Of a stretch of 44,978 nucleotides of DNA, positions 13,101 through 24,077 are shown one piece after another; the stretch's first letter is position 1, and every line of letters begins with the position of its first letter. The notes beneath the pieces are model-generated. The model was given only the letters and a program-made list of their open reading frames with translations, made no database searches and was not told the DNA's origin. Position numbers and translations under genes: made by a program. The stretch is from Phoronis australis (Eukaryota > Animalia > Phoronida), in NCBI GenBank assembly GCA_002633005.1, contig NMRA01001109.1:1-44978 (forward strand), written 5' to 3'.

Positions 13101-15930
13101 TCAATATATTATTACTACCCTAACTTAATTACAGTGCTTATAATGAACCGTATTTGTTTTTCACCTGCTACATTTCTCAACGATCACGAATTGTATTTCC
13201 TTACATCGCAATTCTTTTCTTACCGACGTCTTTCTATTCTCACGAACCGCAATGCGTTTACGAAAATTGTTTTCGCTCAAACATTCATGATACAAATCAG
13301 TTGTCATGAAGAAAGGCGGAGTGATTGACATGTAAGAAAGCGACGTCTAGTGACTGCATGTCACGTGAACATGACAGACTACATCCAGCAGTTCCCACTA
13401 CCGGATTCTAGAAATGAAGACATTTCCCGACGAAATTCTCTGCGGAAGAGGTCACTTTGATGATAACAGAAACACGGGGAATGATGCTGTCGGATAAAGT
13501 TTACAAAAGTTGGAAGCTCCTCACAAATAGGTTCGTGTGCATGAGTAAAGAAGACAACCCATTGCAATTTTTGCTTGTATGTGTGTCTGGTGACGGATGA
13601 TCAGAGTAACAGACTGTAAATTGTTCGTCGCATAGTTTATGACGTCCCTAATGCTTATCTAGGAAAGAAGCACGTTTTGCACAAAGGTCCGGTGAATAGT
13701 GAAACTGTAGAGATCGTCGACGTTTGAAATACACGCGAGATGGAGTATTGAACAAATTACTCATTACGTCCATTGATACCTTGGAAAATGTCGCTTTGTT
13801 TTTTCTGTTCTTTGACATATATAAAGACTGATGTCGTGTGCTGTGTATGTATGTATTTACGTATGTATGCAAAACTGAAAGGTTTAAAAATACACTTTCT
13901 GATGTACAGTGCACTCGTGAAAGTCTTTTCGTAGCACTATATTTGAAACTGCCATTTGATTCTAATCCTCCATTTGTGATGCATGGTGTTTCGAAATTAG
14001 CCAATTTTTCCCATTTTTTCTATGGTATAGTCATTTATAGCCTGGGAAGTCTTTCTCTTGTTGCATCTTAGCGCTTCGCAAGGAGATCCGACAGTTAAGA
14101 ATTGTGTTGTTGCGCGGCCCTGTTGCTGTGACTTGTGCGTCAAACGTAGGATTCACAGCGTTACTGATATATTGTTTTCTGCCCGACACTCGGTTTTACG
14201 GGCTAAAATGCAACCTGGGTGTTATTTTTGGCTACGGTTGACTTCTTAGCTTTGATCATGTTGTGTTATTGTGATTTATTGCAAATCACTAATTCCTAAC
14301 TAAGGCTTCCAGTTAAAGTAAATTGGAATCGAGGCGGCGATCTCATCAGCTGTTTCGTTGTTAGGCGCCATAAAAGTGGCCGTCGTGGTCGGTGCGTATA
14401 GTGCTGATCGAAGTCGGCGTGAAAATGTCATGGGCTAATCTCCATAGTTTATTTGACAAAAGAGACGAAGAGCAGATGAGCACATTGGAAAAGCAACCTC
14501 TCTATAGAATAAGCATTTCGAATCGGAAGCGAGCGCTGGACTCCCATGAAAGTTGAGTTGAACATTTCCATAATTATCTTTTTTCAAAATACCTTTTTAA
14601 GAATAAATTTTGATTTTTATTGTGGAGTAAAACTACGAAAAGATATTTGTTTACTGAAACAAAAGTTGTTTACTACAGTTTGCCACTACTCTTATTACCC
14701 AAGTCACGAGCGCAGCAAATGACGTATTGACACTTCAAGAAAGTGACAGCCAATGAGAGGATTTTTGAGCCGACATTGTGTGATTTTTGTTAGACAATCA
14801 TTATGTAAGAAGGTTATTATAATTTAGCCTTTAGGTTAAGAAATTGCCTGGGGAAATTTGACAGCGAAGCTAGGACTTGCCACGCTGTACAGTAGACCAT
14901 CTTATGACGATTGTGGAAACGATGTGGCTTTGGCCAAATGCTAACTTATAGGGAGACACTGCTTTCCAACACGTGATGAAACTATGGGTCGAATAATGGA
15001 GTTCATTGATCGATTCAGCATAGCGATTCAACCTTGATAACGCCTAGTTATAATGCTTTATAGTGTTTTCTGGCCTTAACATTCTACGTACAAAACTCAA
15101 TTTATTTCAATTGAAAGTTTGCGATTTCGGATTGATATAATCAGCGTTGCATGGGTCTTTAAAAACTTCATTAAACGAATTCAACGGCTGAAATTCTCTT
15201 AGTTACAACTTATTCTTATTTAGTTCTCTTTAAACAGCGTTTTTGTTAAAACATGGCATCTAATGTTAATGTCCAACTATTTCTGGTGTTGACAATTGAC
15301 GGCCATGTTGGATGACACCGAATTTTACTATTCAACTCGGCAAATGTATGCAAGACTGCTTCTACGAAACATAGGAAGTCTTGCGTTTGATGAGCGGCAT
15401 TATGTTTTAAATTTGTAAAACAAAAGAAATAGAATATTTAGCTTGTCTAGTTGCTAAACGTCAATTTGTACTTGTGTTTAGTGCGCGTTGTTATGACTAA
15501 TGTTGAACGGACGCGTTCCTAACGCGTGTGCGCTGGTAAGATAACAACTATCTCCCGAATGAAATGTACGAGTCTGTTTATTTAATACCTACTTAAAACA
15601 ATTGCTAGTTATCAGCCAGTCAACAATCCAATAGGCCATGTCCTTTTGATATCCCATGAAATGTGACCAATTCGCGAACGAGACATGAAGATGACGCAAT
15701 ATTGCAATGTTAATATCGGCGCCGCACTCGAGAGTAGCGCACTGCTCAATCTTGTAGGCTTGTTTGTTAACGTAAAAGGTCCTCCAGCCAGTGAGCACTG
15801 ACCAAGGCTGCGTTTCGTTGACCTAAGACACTTGCGATAAAAACCATTGTGATCGCGTGCTTCGCATGTCATGCTTGTCAGTATCACTCAGACTCGTTAT
15901 CTTGCGTCTTGTGTCTACAACACAGCCCCG

Positions 15931-16330
15931 GTAAGTACTTGAGACCCTTATCCCACGAACGCCCCCATGATCACCTGATAAAGTACTTCAGTTCTGATCA
16001 CAATCTGTTCATACGTTAAAAAGAGGAAAACTTATTCATTAAGATCACCTGAAAAGAATCGAGACCCCCATTCCCTAAGTTTCCTTCTTAACCTGTTTGG
16101 ATGTATCGCGGACTTTTAGCTGCAGAACAAACGCTGTTACAACTCGTCTGTCGCATTTAACGAAAAATCGCGTTTTTTGCTTCGTAGTCAGCTGTCGACT
16201 CGGTTGCGTCATGGATTGTCAGATGCGAAATCGCAGCCATAAACACTCCGCCGGGTCTGTCATAGTTAGGCGGACAGGAGACGCTGGCTAAGCAATTCAA
16301 GTTTTTATCATAAGAATCTTTTACTTTCAG
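15931..16330 (+). other. Probable 5'UTR intron of the desaturase gene
   Basis: Donor CG|GTAAGT at 15931 and pyrimidine-rich acceptor TCTTTTACTTTCAG ending at 16330, 3 nt before the ATG. Pairing the two is an inference. Confidence 0.55.
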
Positions 16331-16333
16331 GTC

Positions 16334-17674
16334 ATGGGACGTGGAATAACGGTCACTCAGACTAACAACCACATATCAGTGGAGAAGCAAGTCGCCGGCA
16401 AGCGGCAGGCCGTTCTTCGTTGTCCAGTCGACCTCAACCAGAACGGAGTTCGCCAACAAGACGAGGTGAACCGGCAGTCACCGCGGAAACTCATCGGAAT
16501 CAATGGTCTCTGGTATGACGTCACTGGTTTTGTGAAGCGGCATCCTGGCGGGCCCATTCTGGAACAGTTTATTGGAAAGGACGCGACCGAGGTTTACAAT
16601 GAATTTCATGGTGGCGATGTTTTAAAACATCGTAAGCCTGTAGGCAAATACAAACGAATGCCCGACCCTGCTGCCGTTGCGTTTGCTAGACTGCACAAAT
16701 ATTTCGTTGATAATGGATACTTTAGGACTAGTTGGTGTTGGTACCTTACTAAGGTCACTTTCACGTTCTCGTTGCTGGCGATGTGTTTTTATCTTGTCAC
16801 TCGTCAAGAGAACCTGTATCACTACCTTGGTGCCGTCTTCCTGGCTGCATTTTGGCAGCAGTGCGGTTTCTTGATGCACGACAGTATGCATACGCAAATT
16901 TCCCATGTGCCATACATTGACAAGTGGCTGGGAACGTTCTTCGGTACTGTTTGTTTCGGCGTGAACGCTCATTGGTGGAGAGCAGAGCATATAATCCACC
17001 ACGCTCTAACAAACACCGTCGACTACGTCACAGGTTTCTGCGATCCCCAGTCCAAAGAAGTGGTATGGGCGCAGAATGAGAAACTGTTTCCTTTCTTTGA
17101 ACATTGGCTGCAGTATTACGCCATCAAGATACAGCACATAACATTCGTGCCTTTTACCGTATGTCTTGGACGCATAGGTATAGCCATCGACAGCTTCATG
17201 TCAGAGACATGTGCGCGCGAGTGGGTCGCGTGCGCTCTTCACTACGCTTGGGTCTACTACATCCTCTCGTTGCTTCCAACATGGCGCACGGCGGCCATCT
17301 TTTACTATATGGCAGCTGTTCTGCAAGGTGTTCTACACGTGCAGTTGCTCATAAATCATTACAGTAAGCCTTTCTATGAACGAGAACAAGTTTGTCGTGA
17401 TATCAACTGGTACCGTATGCAGATTGAATGCAATATCAACATTCGCAACCCCTGGTGGTTTGACTGGTTTCATGGCGGTCTTAACTTCCACATTGAACAT
17501 CACCTATTTCCGCTCATGCCGCGGCACAACTTCCGGCGTGCCAGCAAGCACGTGAAACGCACATGTGCCGAACTGGGAATTGTGTACGCCGAAAGTGGCT
17601 GGTTCGAAACCGTACAGAACACGATAAAAAATTTGAAGCGATCTTCCAAACACTTCCGCCTCGATCCTAGGTGA
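16334..17674 (+). CDS. Cytochrome b5-fused front-end / sphingolipid delta-8-like desaturase, 446 aa, single coding exon
   Basis: N-terminal cyt b5 domain (WYDVTGFVKRHPGG...GKDAT...FH), His boxes HDSMH, HIIHH and HIEHH, hydrophobic TM stretches, and the C-terminal WFHGGLNFHIEHHLFPLMPRHNF typical of this family. AATAAA at 18051-18056. Confidence 0.95.
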   Translation: MGRGITVTQTNNHISVEKQVAGKRQAVLRCPVDLNQNGVRQQDEVNRQSPRKLIGINGLWYDVTGFVKRHPGGPILEQFIGKDATEVYNEFHGGDVLKHRKPVGKYKRMPDPAAVAFARLHKYFVDNGYFRTSWCWYLTKVTFTFSLLAMCFYLVTRQENLYHYLGAVFLAAFWQQCGFLMHDSMHTQISHVPYIDKWLGTFFGTVCFGVNAHWWRAEHIIHHALTNTVDYVTGFCDPQSKEVVWAQNEKLFPFFEHWLQYYAIKIQHITFVPFTVCLGRIGIAIDSFMSETCAREWVACALHYAWVYYILSLLPTWRTAAIFYYMAAVLQGVLHVQLLINHYSKPFYEREQVCRDINWYRMQIECNINIRNPWWFDWFHGGLNFHIEHHLFPLMPRHNFRRASKHVKRTCAELGIVYAESGWFETVQNTIKNLKRSSKHFRLDPR

Positions 17675-19236
17675 AGAGCTTGCACATTCCAGGCTTACGC
17701 CCAGCTTAAAGCCTACCTTCATCGCTAACACACGTGGATTTGGTTGCTACGGTTTGTTTTGAGCATCAGTCTGAGCGCATCATGAATTACCTAATGTAAT
17801 GAAAATCTAGGCTTAATGACTTCATTTGTCACGTCACCGCTATAATCCTTAGTTATATGATGTTCAGACTACAATTACTTTCGGCTTTTCGTACTTTCTT
17901 CTGTATGTTCGCGGTGACGTAAAGTAGTGCGAAAACGTCACTTATAATTTCACAAGTTACGTTTGATACAAGCAAATTCATGTTAATCCGGTTGAGGAAG
18001 GTTTTAAGCTCGCACCATAACTTTGGTTCTAGCTTTTAAAACTTCAGAGAAATAAAGTTAAACGCTTTTACAAACCCAAAACTAGTTCAAACAAGTTATT
18101 AAAAGCATTTTTATGCTACTTGCTTCAAAGTTTGCAAGTAAATTTGTTATTTCGCTCTTGAGCTTCTTAAAAGTCGATCTCACCATTGCATCAGGCGGTG
18201 GTTCGGTCTTCCATCGAATGATGGCGCTTGGTTTTGTGTTCAATTTGTGTACTCTCGCTGGTTCCCCGCTTGCCGCTAGGTGGTAGCCAGCACGCAGGTA
18301 TCGCTTAATTTCCTCGGGAATTTTTTTACGCCGGTGTTTCTGATTGGCGGGCCGAATTCTCAACAGGCATCGCTTTACGCAAACAAACTGGCATGACTGA
18401 TGGAACAAGTGTAAATGTGGTCTGTTGTACAGACAAGTCGATGCTTGAAATTCATGAAATTCATGTTCAAGAAATGTGCATCCCAGAAAAATTTGGTTAC
18501 TCCTTTTCGGAGTGCATCTTTCTACTGTCGCTGACTTTTGTTTACGTTGCTATCCTGTATACACTGTTAAATCGGCCAGATGACGGCGTGTTTATTGTAC
18601 ATGTATGTGCTTCAAGCTCGCGGCTATTAAACATTAGGCCTACGGCAGGAACGAAATAGTTGCTGCTACGCCACTTGCATGACAAGGCTAAAAATCGTTC
18701 AAAATCCGCCGTTCTCTCACATTGTTGTAAGGCTAGCCAATGACTGCCCTGGTTACCTCAACCATTGATAAAGTGCGTGCTGGCTACCAAAGGGCACGCG
18801 AGTGTGTGTACTGAACACATAATAGATGTTGCATTTTGGAGATTGTCGTTTTACGACATCTTTCTTTGTCGGTGAATTTTTTATTCGTTGATGTTTCTTA
18901 TGACTTTATTTATTTTATTGTTGATTTATGCTGATTTTCAATTAAACCTATTTTTGTAATATTATTGATAGTTATGTCTAATGTCACAAGTTTTCGCTTG
19001 TGTCCGAAAACTTTACCTGCAAAAGGAGTGGTGTCTTTGTGAAATCCGCGCCTTGCTGGGGAGCCACGACATTGCGACTCGCGCCTGGCCTCTCAACCCG
19101 GCTAAAATACAGAACCATTAGATGCTGGTCTCATGATTGTGTGACGTTTTCAGTGTCCGACCTTTTCACCACTCATCACGTGATGTGCCTCTTTAGTGTT
19201 AGTTGACATGGGCAGGTCCTTTAAAGAAATATTTCT

Positions 19237-19372
19237 TCGTTGCAAACCTTATACGCGAAGTGTGTGTTAAGTTAAACAACGTCACTAAATTATGTCGCAA
19301 AATATCGTTGCAAACCTTATACGCGAAGTGTGTGTTAAGTTAAACAACGTCACTAAATTATGTCGCAAAATA
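19237..19372. repeat. 68-bp perfect tandem duplication
   Basis: tcgttgcaaacc...gtcgcaaaata twice. Confidence 0.9.
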
Positions 19373-19448
19373 CTGCGTTCTTCGACGGAAAACGATTCCC
19401 AACACGGCCAACAGTTCGAGGCATTAGAAAAAGCGTGACGTGATGTCA

Positions 19449-19666
19449 CATGCGCGCACCCAGTCTTCAAAATGGGGGCTCGAATTCCTGAAGTTATGGA
19501 CCTTTGCTAACAAAAGAGCGGGCGGACCAAACAAAAACGGGGGGACCATTGTTAATTGCGCGTTTGCGCTTATTTACTGGACTTTTGTCCCATTTCCTCG
19601 GACATTTTATCTCTCAAGGGAAGACCTATTGGCCCACTTCGCCAAATGGGGGGCTCGTTCGAGCCC
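19449..19666. mobile_element. MITE, same family, truncated by N-gap
   Basis: catgcgcgcacccag...ggcccacttcgccaaatggggggctcgttcgagccc. Confidence 0.6.
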
Positions 19667-22600
19667 NNNNNNNNNNNNNNNNNNNNNNNNNNNNNNNNNN
19701 NNNNNNNNNNNNNNNNNNNNNNNNNNNNNNNNNNNNNNNNNNNNNNNNNNNNNNNNNNNNNNNNNNNNNNNNNNNNNNNNNNNNNNNNNNNNNNNNNNNN
19801 NNNNNNNNNNNNNNNNNNNNNNNNNNNNNNNNNNNNNNNNNNNNNNNNNNNNNNNNNNNNNNNNNNNNNNNNNNNNNNNNNNNNNNNNNNNNNNNNNNNN
19901 NNNNNNNNNNNNNNNNNNNNNNNNNNNNNNNNNNNNNNNNNNNNNNNNNNNNNNNNNNNNNNNNNNNNNNNNNNNNNNGGTGTAGGGGGCGAAATTGAGT
20001 TGGAAAGAATCACAGAGCGCACTCGCTTCAATCTATTAGATGCTCACATGCGGGACTAGCTATAATCAGTGTATTCTGGCTTGCCAAAGCCTATGTTGGG
20101 AAACTTTCTAATACACTGTACCTTATCGTTAAGCGTTGCTCGCTGTGTTAATGTGTGACATGATAATTCCTAATCATGTCAAATCGGTTTAACACCAACA
20201 TTTCAAATTGGCCAATAAGCTGTAAACAACGACTTAATCTTGTCCGAAAAGGGTTCACATGACTAGCTAACACTGAGTTCCACACGTCGTACGTGACGGT
20301 GACCACGTTTGATGCTCAGCTAAGCACATAGCACGTGTACAAATGAAACGGAGGAATTTGGATTGGATTACGAAATGGGATTAACGAATGTTCGGTATTG
20401 CAGCTTGTTTACCGTTTTGCTTACGTACAGAGCAGTCGCAGATTTTTCAGGTACAATAATTAAATTATATGTCATTAATACTCATGCATATTGGCTTGTT
20501 TTCTTTCATTATAGGTGCGAATTCAGTCCTGTTTACTTTTCTGTTAACGAAAACAAGCAGTGCTGTAAAACACTCTATCTAATAATGAGATCTACCTAAC
20601 TGTGGCTCAATTAGGACTACCCGACCATGAGTTGTGCAGCAATTGCAATTAAAATGTACTGTACGGTAAAATATTTTCCAAAACCGATGTCATGAGTTAC
20701 TTCAACCCGTCCCTGAAAACTGCATTTTGTCAACAGTCGAGAGTGAAAAAACGGGGAACCTGGTTTAAAAATGCGGGACTCTTCTGAGACTACTCGTAAT
20801 AGGATACCAAACCCGGTTTTGACCAATACTAAAAACGACTTTCCCATCCAGTTCTCTGAAACTATTAAACTCATGTTCTTCAACCCTCGACAACCCTCAA
20901 AAGTTTGGAGCAAAATTTGAAAATTGATCCCTTCAGATAGCGTGACGTACGCCGCTTTTAGTAAACTACAAGGCATACGTGCGAAAAGAGCGACCCACCC
21001 GAAAGTCCACAGTGTCGGTTCTGGGGTGACAGGGGGTATGAGTTTTTAGTTGATCCCTATCTTTAACTTGAAAGAATGGCGCCCATGATCAAGGGCCGCG
21101 CACCATAGGGGGCTGAGGGGAGATAGCCCCACTTTTTTCAGTGGTGCGTTACGCCGCACATGGTCTAGAGACGATGCATCACAGGTGCTGAGGGGGGTTT
21201 AGCCCCCCATTTTTTTCAGTGCTGCGCCGCCCGTGATGATGCATTAGCAGGTGACAGAACGAGGATTGGTTGAAATCGTCAAAACAAGGTGAGTCACAGT
21301 GTCGACCGCAACACCCGACAAGGCCCCCTAGTGAGCAGTGCTGCGTTTTTTTAGTTCAGTCGAACGCGTGTAAAATCACCACAATACTGGCAATAAACCA
21401 ACGTCGCCGTAGGTCAAAAAGCGGGACTTTTAATCGGGTGTGACGCGATGCCTTAAAAAAGCGGGACAGTTCCGCCACGTTACGTACCCGCGCAGTTGAA
21501 TGAGTAGCCCTATTGAGTCCGGGTCGGCCAGTCGGGATACAGCCATGTGGTTATCTGTTTGGCAGTGGCAAACCAAGGTTTACCTAGTACAACTGTCTTA
21601 TTGTTAGCAAGCCAGCTAGCTGTATGAAGACTATAATATTTAGTATACAGCTTTGTACCAAGGCTCGGTACTTTCATTTGATAAGCTCACGTAATCCAGC
21701 AATTATGTAGTACAGCGCGCCTGACGCTAACTGATATTTAAAAATACTATTTGAAAATGATGTTCAATAAATGTCGCGGATGTGTTTTGTATGAAATTCT
21801 TTCACAAAAAACTTCGAATGGAGAAAAACGGTTGACTTTCGGAGAAATTAGACTTAATTACTTTCTCCTGTTGATTCCTGTGACTGTAAGCTCTGACCAG
21901 CTTAACTACAGTATTGTGTACCAACACAAAAGGCTTGCTTGACAAGTTTAATCGAGCGTCATTCTAGATTAGATCATGATAATGGAAATTTCTTGATTGT
22001 TACACTGTAATAAAAAACGGAGTACTTTGGCAAGAAGGGAACTGCCCCACAACGCCCACGGGCTGCCACAAGCGGGTATTTTTTTCGAAATAGCTGGGTT
22101 TGCGTATCCACAGAGTCCTGGGTTAAGTTTTGTAGTGCCCAATAATTTGCATTTGCGGCGAAAATCTTCAGTCCCACCATTCAACGTTCCAACCTCGCCG
22201 ACCAATCACTTTACAGGCCGCCATATTGTTATAGGCTAGGCCGGTAAGCTCCCTGTATCACTTCTTGGAAACTACAGCGGTAACTATGATAACGCATGAT
22301 TGATCATAAAACTAAGCCGAGAAATTTCACAACGAAGGCTGGGCCTCCCAAAAGGGGTACAGAATGGTCCCCTCATATCAAATTCTCTTTTACTTTTAAT
22401 TCCACCGTACCACGTTGATGCCCTCTCTGTAACAGCAACACATTTATTAGCTCTTCCCCCAGCTGCGATGGTGTTATGTCGTAGTGAGCAGCACTCTGTC
22501 TGATCGATTCAGGTGTCTTTGTACCTCGGCTTAGAGGACACAGAATAACAACAACAAACAGACGGCGTTTTCGTATCCTCTACAGTCTAAATGCAAAAGT

Positions 22601-22832
22601 AACAGCAACCAATGAGATAAATATAGCTCATTGACGGCAATTAACTATCATGCTAATCAACTCATGTGATTTTCCAAATAGAGAAGTCGTGTATTCATGT
22701 ATTTTCGACTTGTTCGAAGTCGAGTGCGCACTGGACTTTAACATAAGGTTCTAAGCCTAGTTGGAAACAATCGCGTTCTTTTGCGAGAATTTGCTTTTTG
22801 ACACGGAGTCTGCACACAAGTCTGCGGAACGG

Positions 22833-22902
22833 CGCTACCCAGGTATGAAGCGCCAAACGGTTCCTTTAAGAACCCGCTTTGGCGCTTCATACCTGGGTAG
22901 CG
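22833..22902. repeat. 70-nt hairpin with perfect 25-bp arms
   Basis: cgctacccaggtatgaagcgccaaa ... tttggcgcttcatacctgggtagcg. Confidence 0.95.
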
Positions 22903-23828
22903 TTTAAAAACGAGTACCTTTCTTCGTGTTGAAATGTGCTTAATCTACGCGTAGTTTTGCTTTATCAACGCACTGAATTAGTTCGTAAACGATCACCGCT
23001 CTACTCTTCAACGCGCACATTTGCCGCGACGGAAGATTTTCTACACTGATGGGTGCAAGGCAACGTTTGAAGAATGTTGCAGATTCTTATACTTGATCGC
23101 GTTGATTAAGCACATTTCAGCGCGCAGAAATGTATTCATTTAAAAACCCTTTGGCGTTTCATACCCTTGGGCGAGTGCTTTTACGGACTCGCTGTTCGTT
23201 ATGCTTGAGATCCGGCCTCCCTGTCACTTCCGATCATCTGGGCACTCACTGGATATCTGTCCCGTACATTATTAGTCAACTTACACACAGGTTGACACTG
23301 AGCTCTTTCTAGTTCCGATGTGATTTTTGGAGCGTTTCATTAACCGCCAGTAGACATATCACAACATTAGTAAATAACCAGAACTGAAAATTTCCGCCAA
23401 TTGATAAATGCAATACTTAGGTATTAAATTGTGCCAATTTTGGGCAGGCAATGCTGACCCAATTTGTCACAATTCAGCAGTTTCACAGCTAGATAGTTTG
23501 GGCCGTTCCGTCAACTAAGGCCTGCACAGCGTGCAGTGCTTGAATCTCAATGTCCTTTTAAGTCATTTTGAAAGACAAAAATTAAATCAGTGCACCCAGT
23601 AATTCGTCCATTGAGTTGATTCATTTTCTGGCATTGACGCCAGTATAGCTTCAGTAAACCAGTATGAAACTGCCATAATGGTAAGCTTTGTTTTCTCCTG
23701 AAAATAGACCCACGGGAGCATTTTTGTGGGAGCGCAGTTCCGGACAGATTCTTGGTTGCAACAGCGAAGGCCTATAGGCCTACTTTTTTCACTTTATTGT
23801 CTTTGTCAACTGCGTTAATCTGCTACAG

Positions 23829-24077
23829 TGAACACTTGCTTCGAGAAAGACATCGATTTTGGAGCGAGAAGGCGTTACACCTATTTTGGCGGTTGCCGTA
23901 AGACGTGGGATGACGCCAACAAGTTCTGCAAGGCGCTGGGACAAGGAGGTCAACTGGCAGAACTACGAGTCAGGGAAAGTATTGACAAGGTACAGCAGAT
24001 CGCTGGCACAGCACGGAATGCATGGATCGGACTAAGGGCAGTGTCTTCTTATAATAAGGAATGGAAATGGATAAATG
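23829..24077 (+). CDS. Lectin exon: CTLD1 N-half
   Basis: ctacag|TG; KTWDDANKFC...LAEL...AWIGL...WKWING; G|gtgcgt. Confidence 0.85.

Noticed and set aside
7400-15900. Many short ORFs (60-130 aa)
   Set aside because: No recognisable motifs or consistent exon chains; this looks like intergenic DNA with decayed repeats. A divergent gene or lncRNA cannot be excluded without RNA data.
19440-20059. Long ORFs in the track spanning the first N-gap
   Set aside because: They are open only because of Ns; the real bases are MITE sequence.
21544-23680. Candidate first / signal-peptide exons for the lectin (ATG at 21545; ATG|gtaagc at 23678)
   Set aside because: None gives a hydrophobic signal peptide and the phase-1 junction needed at 23829.
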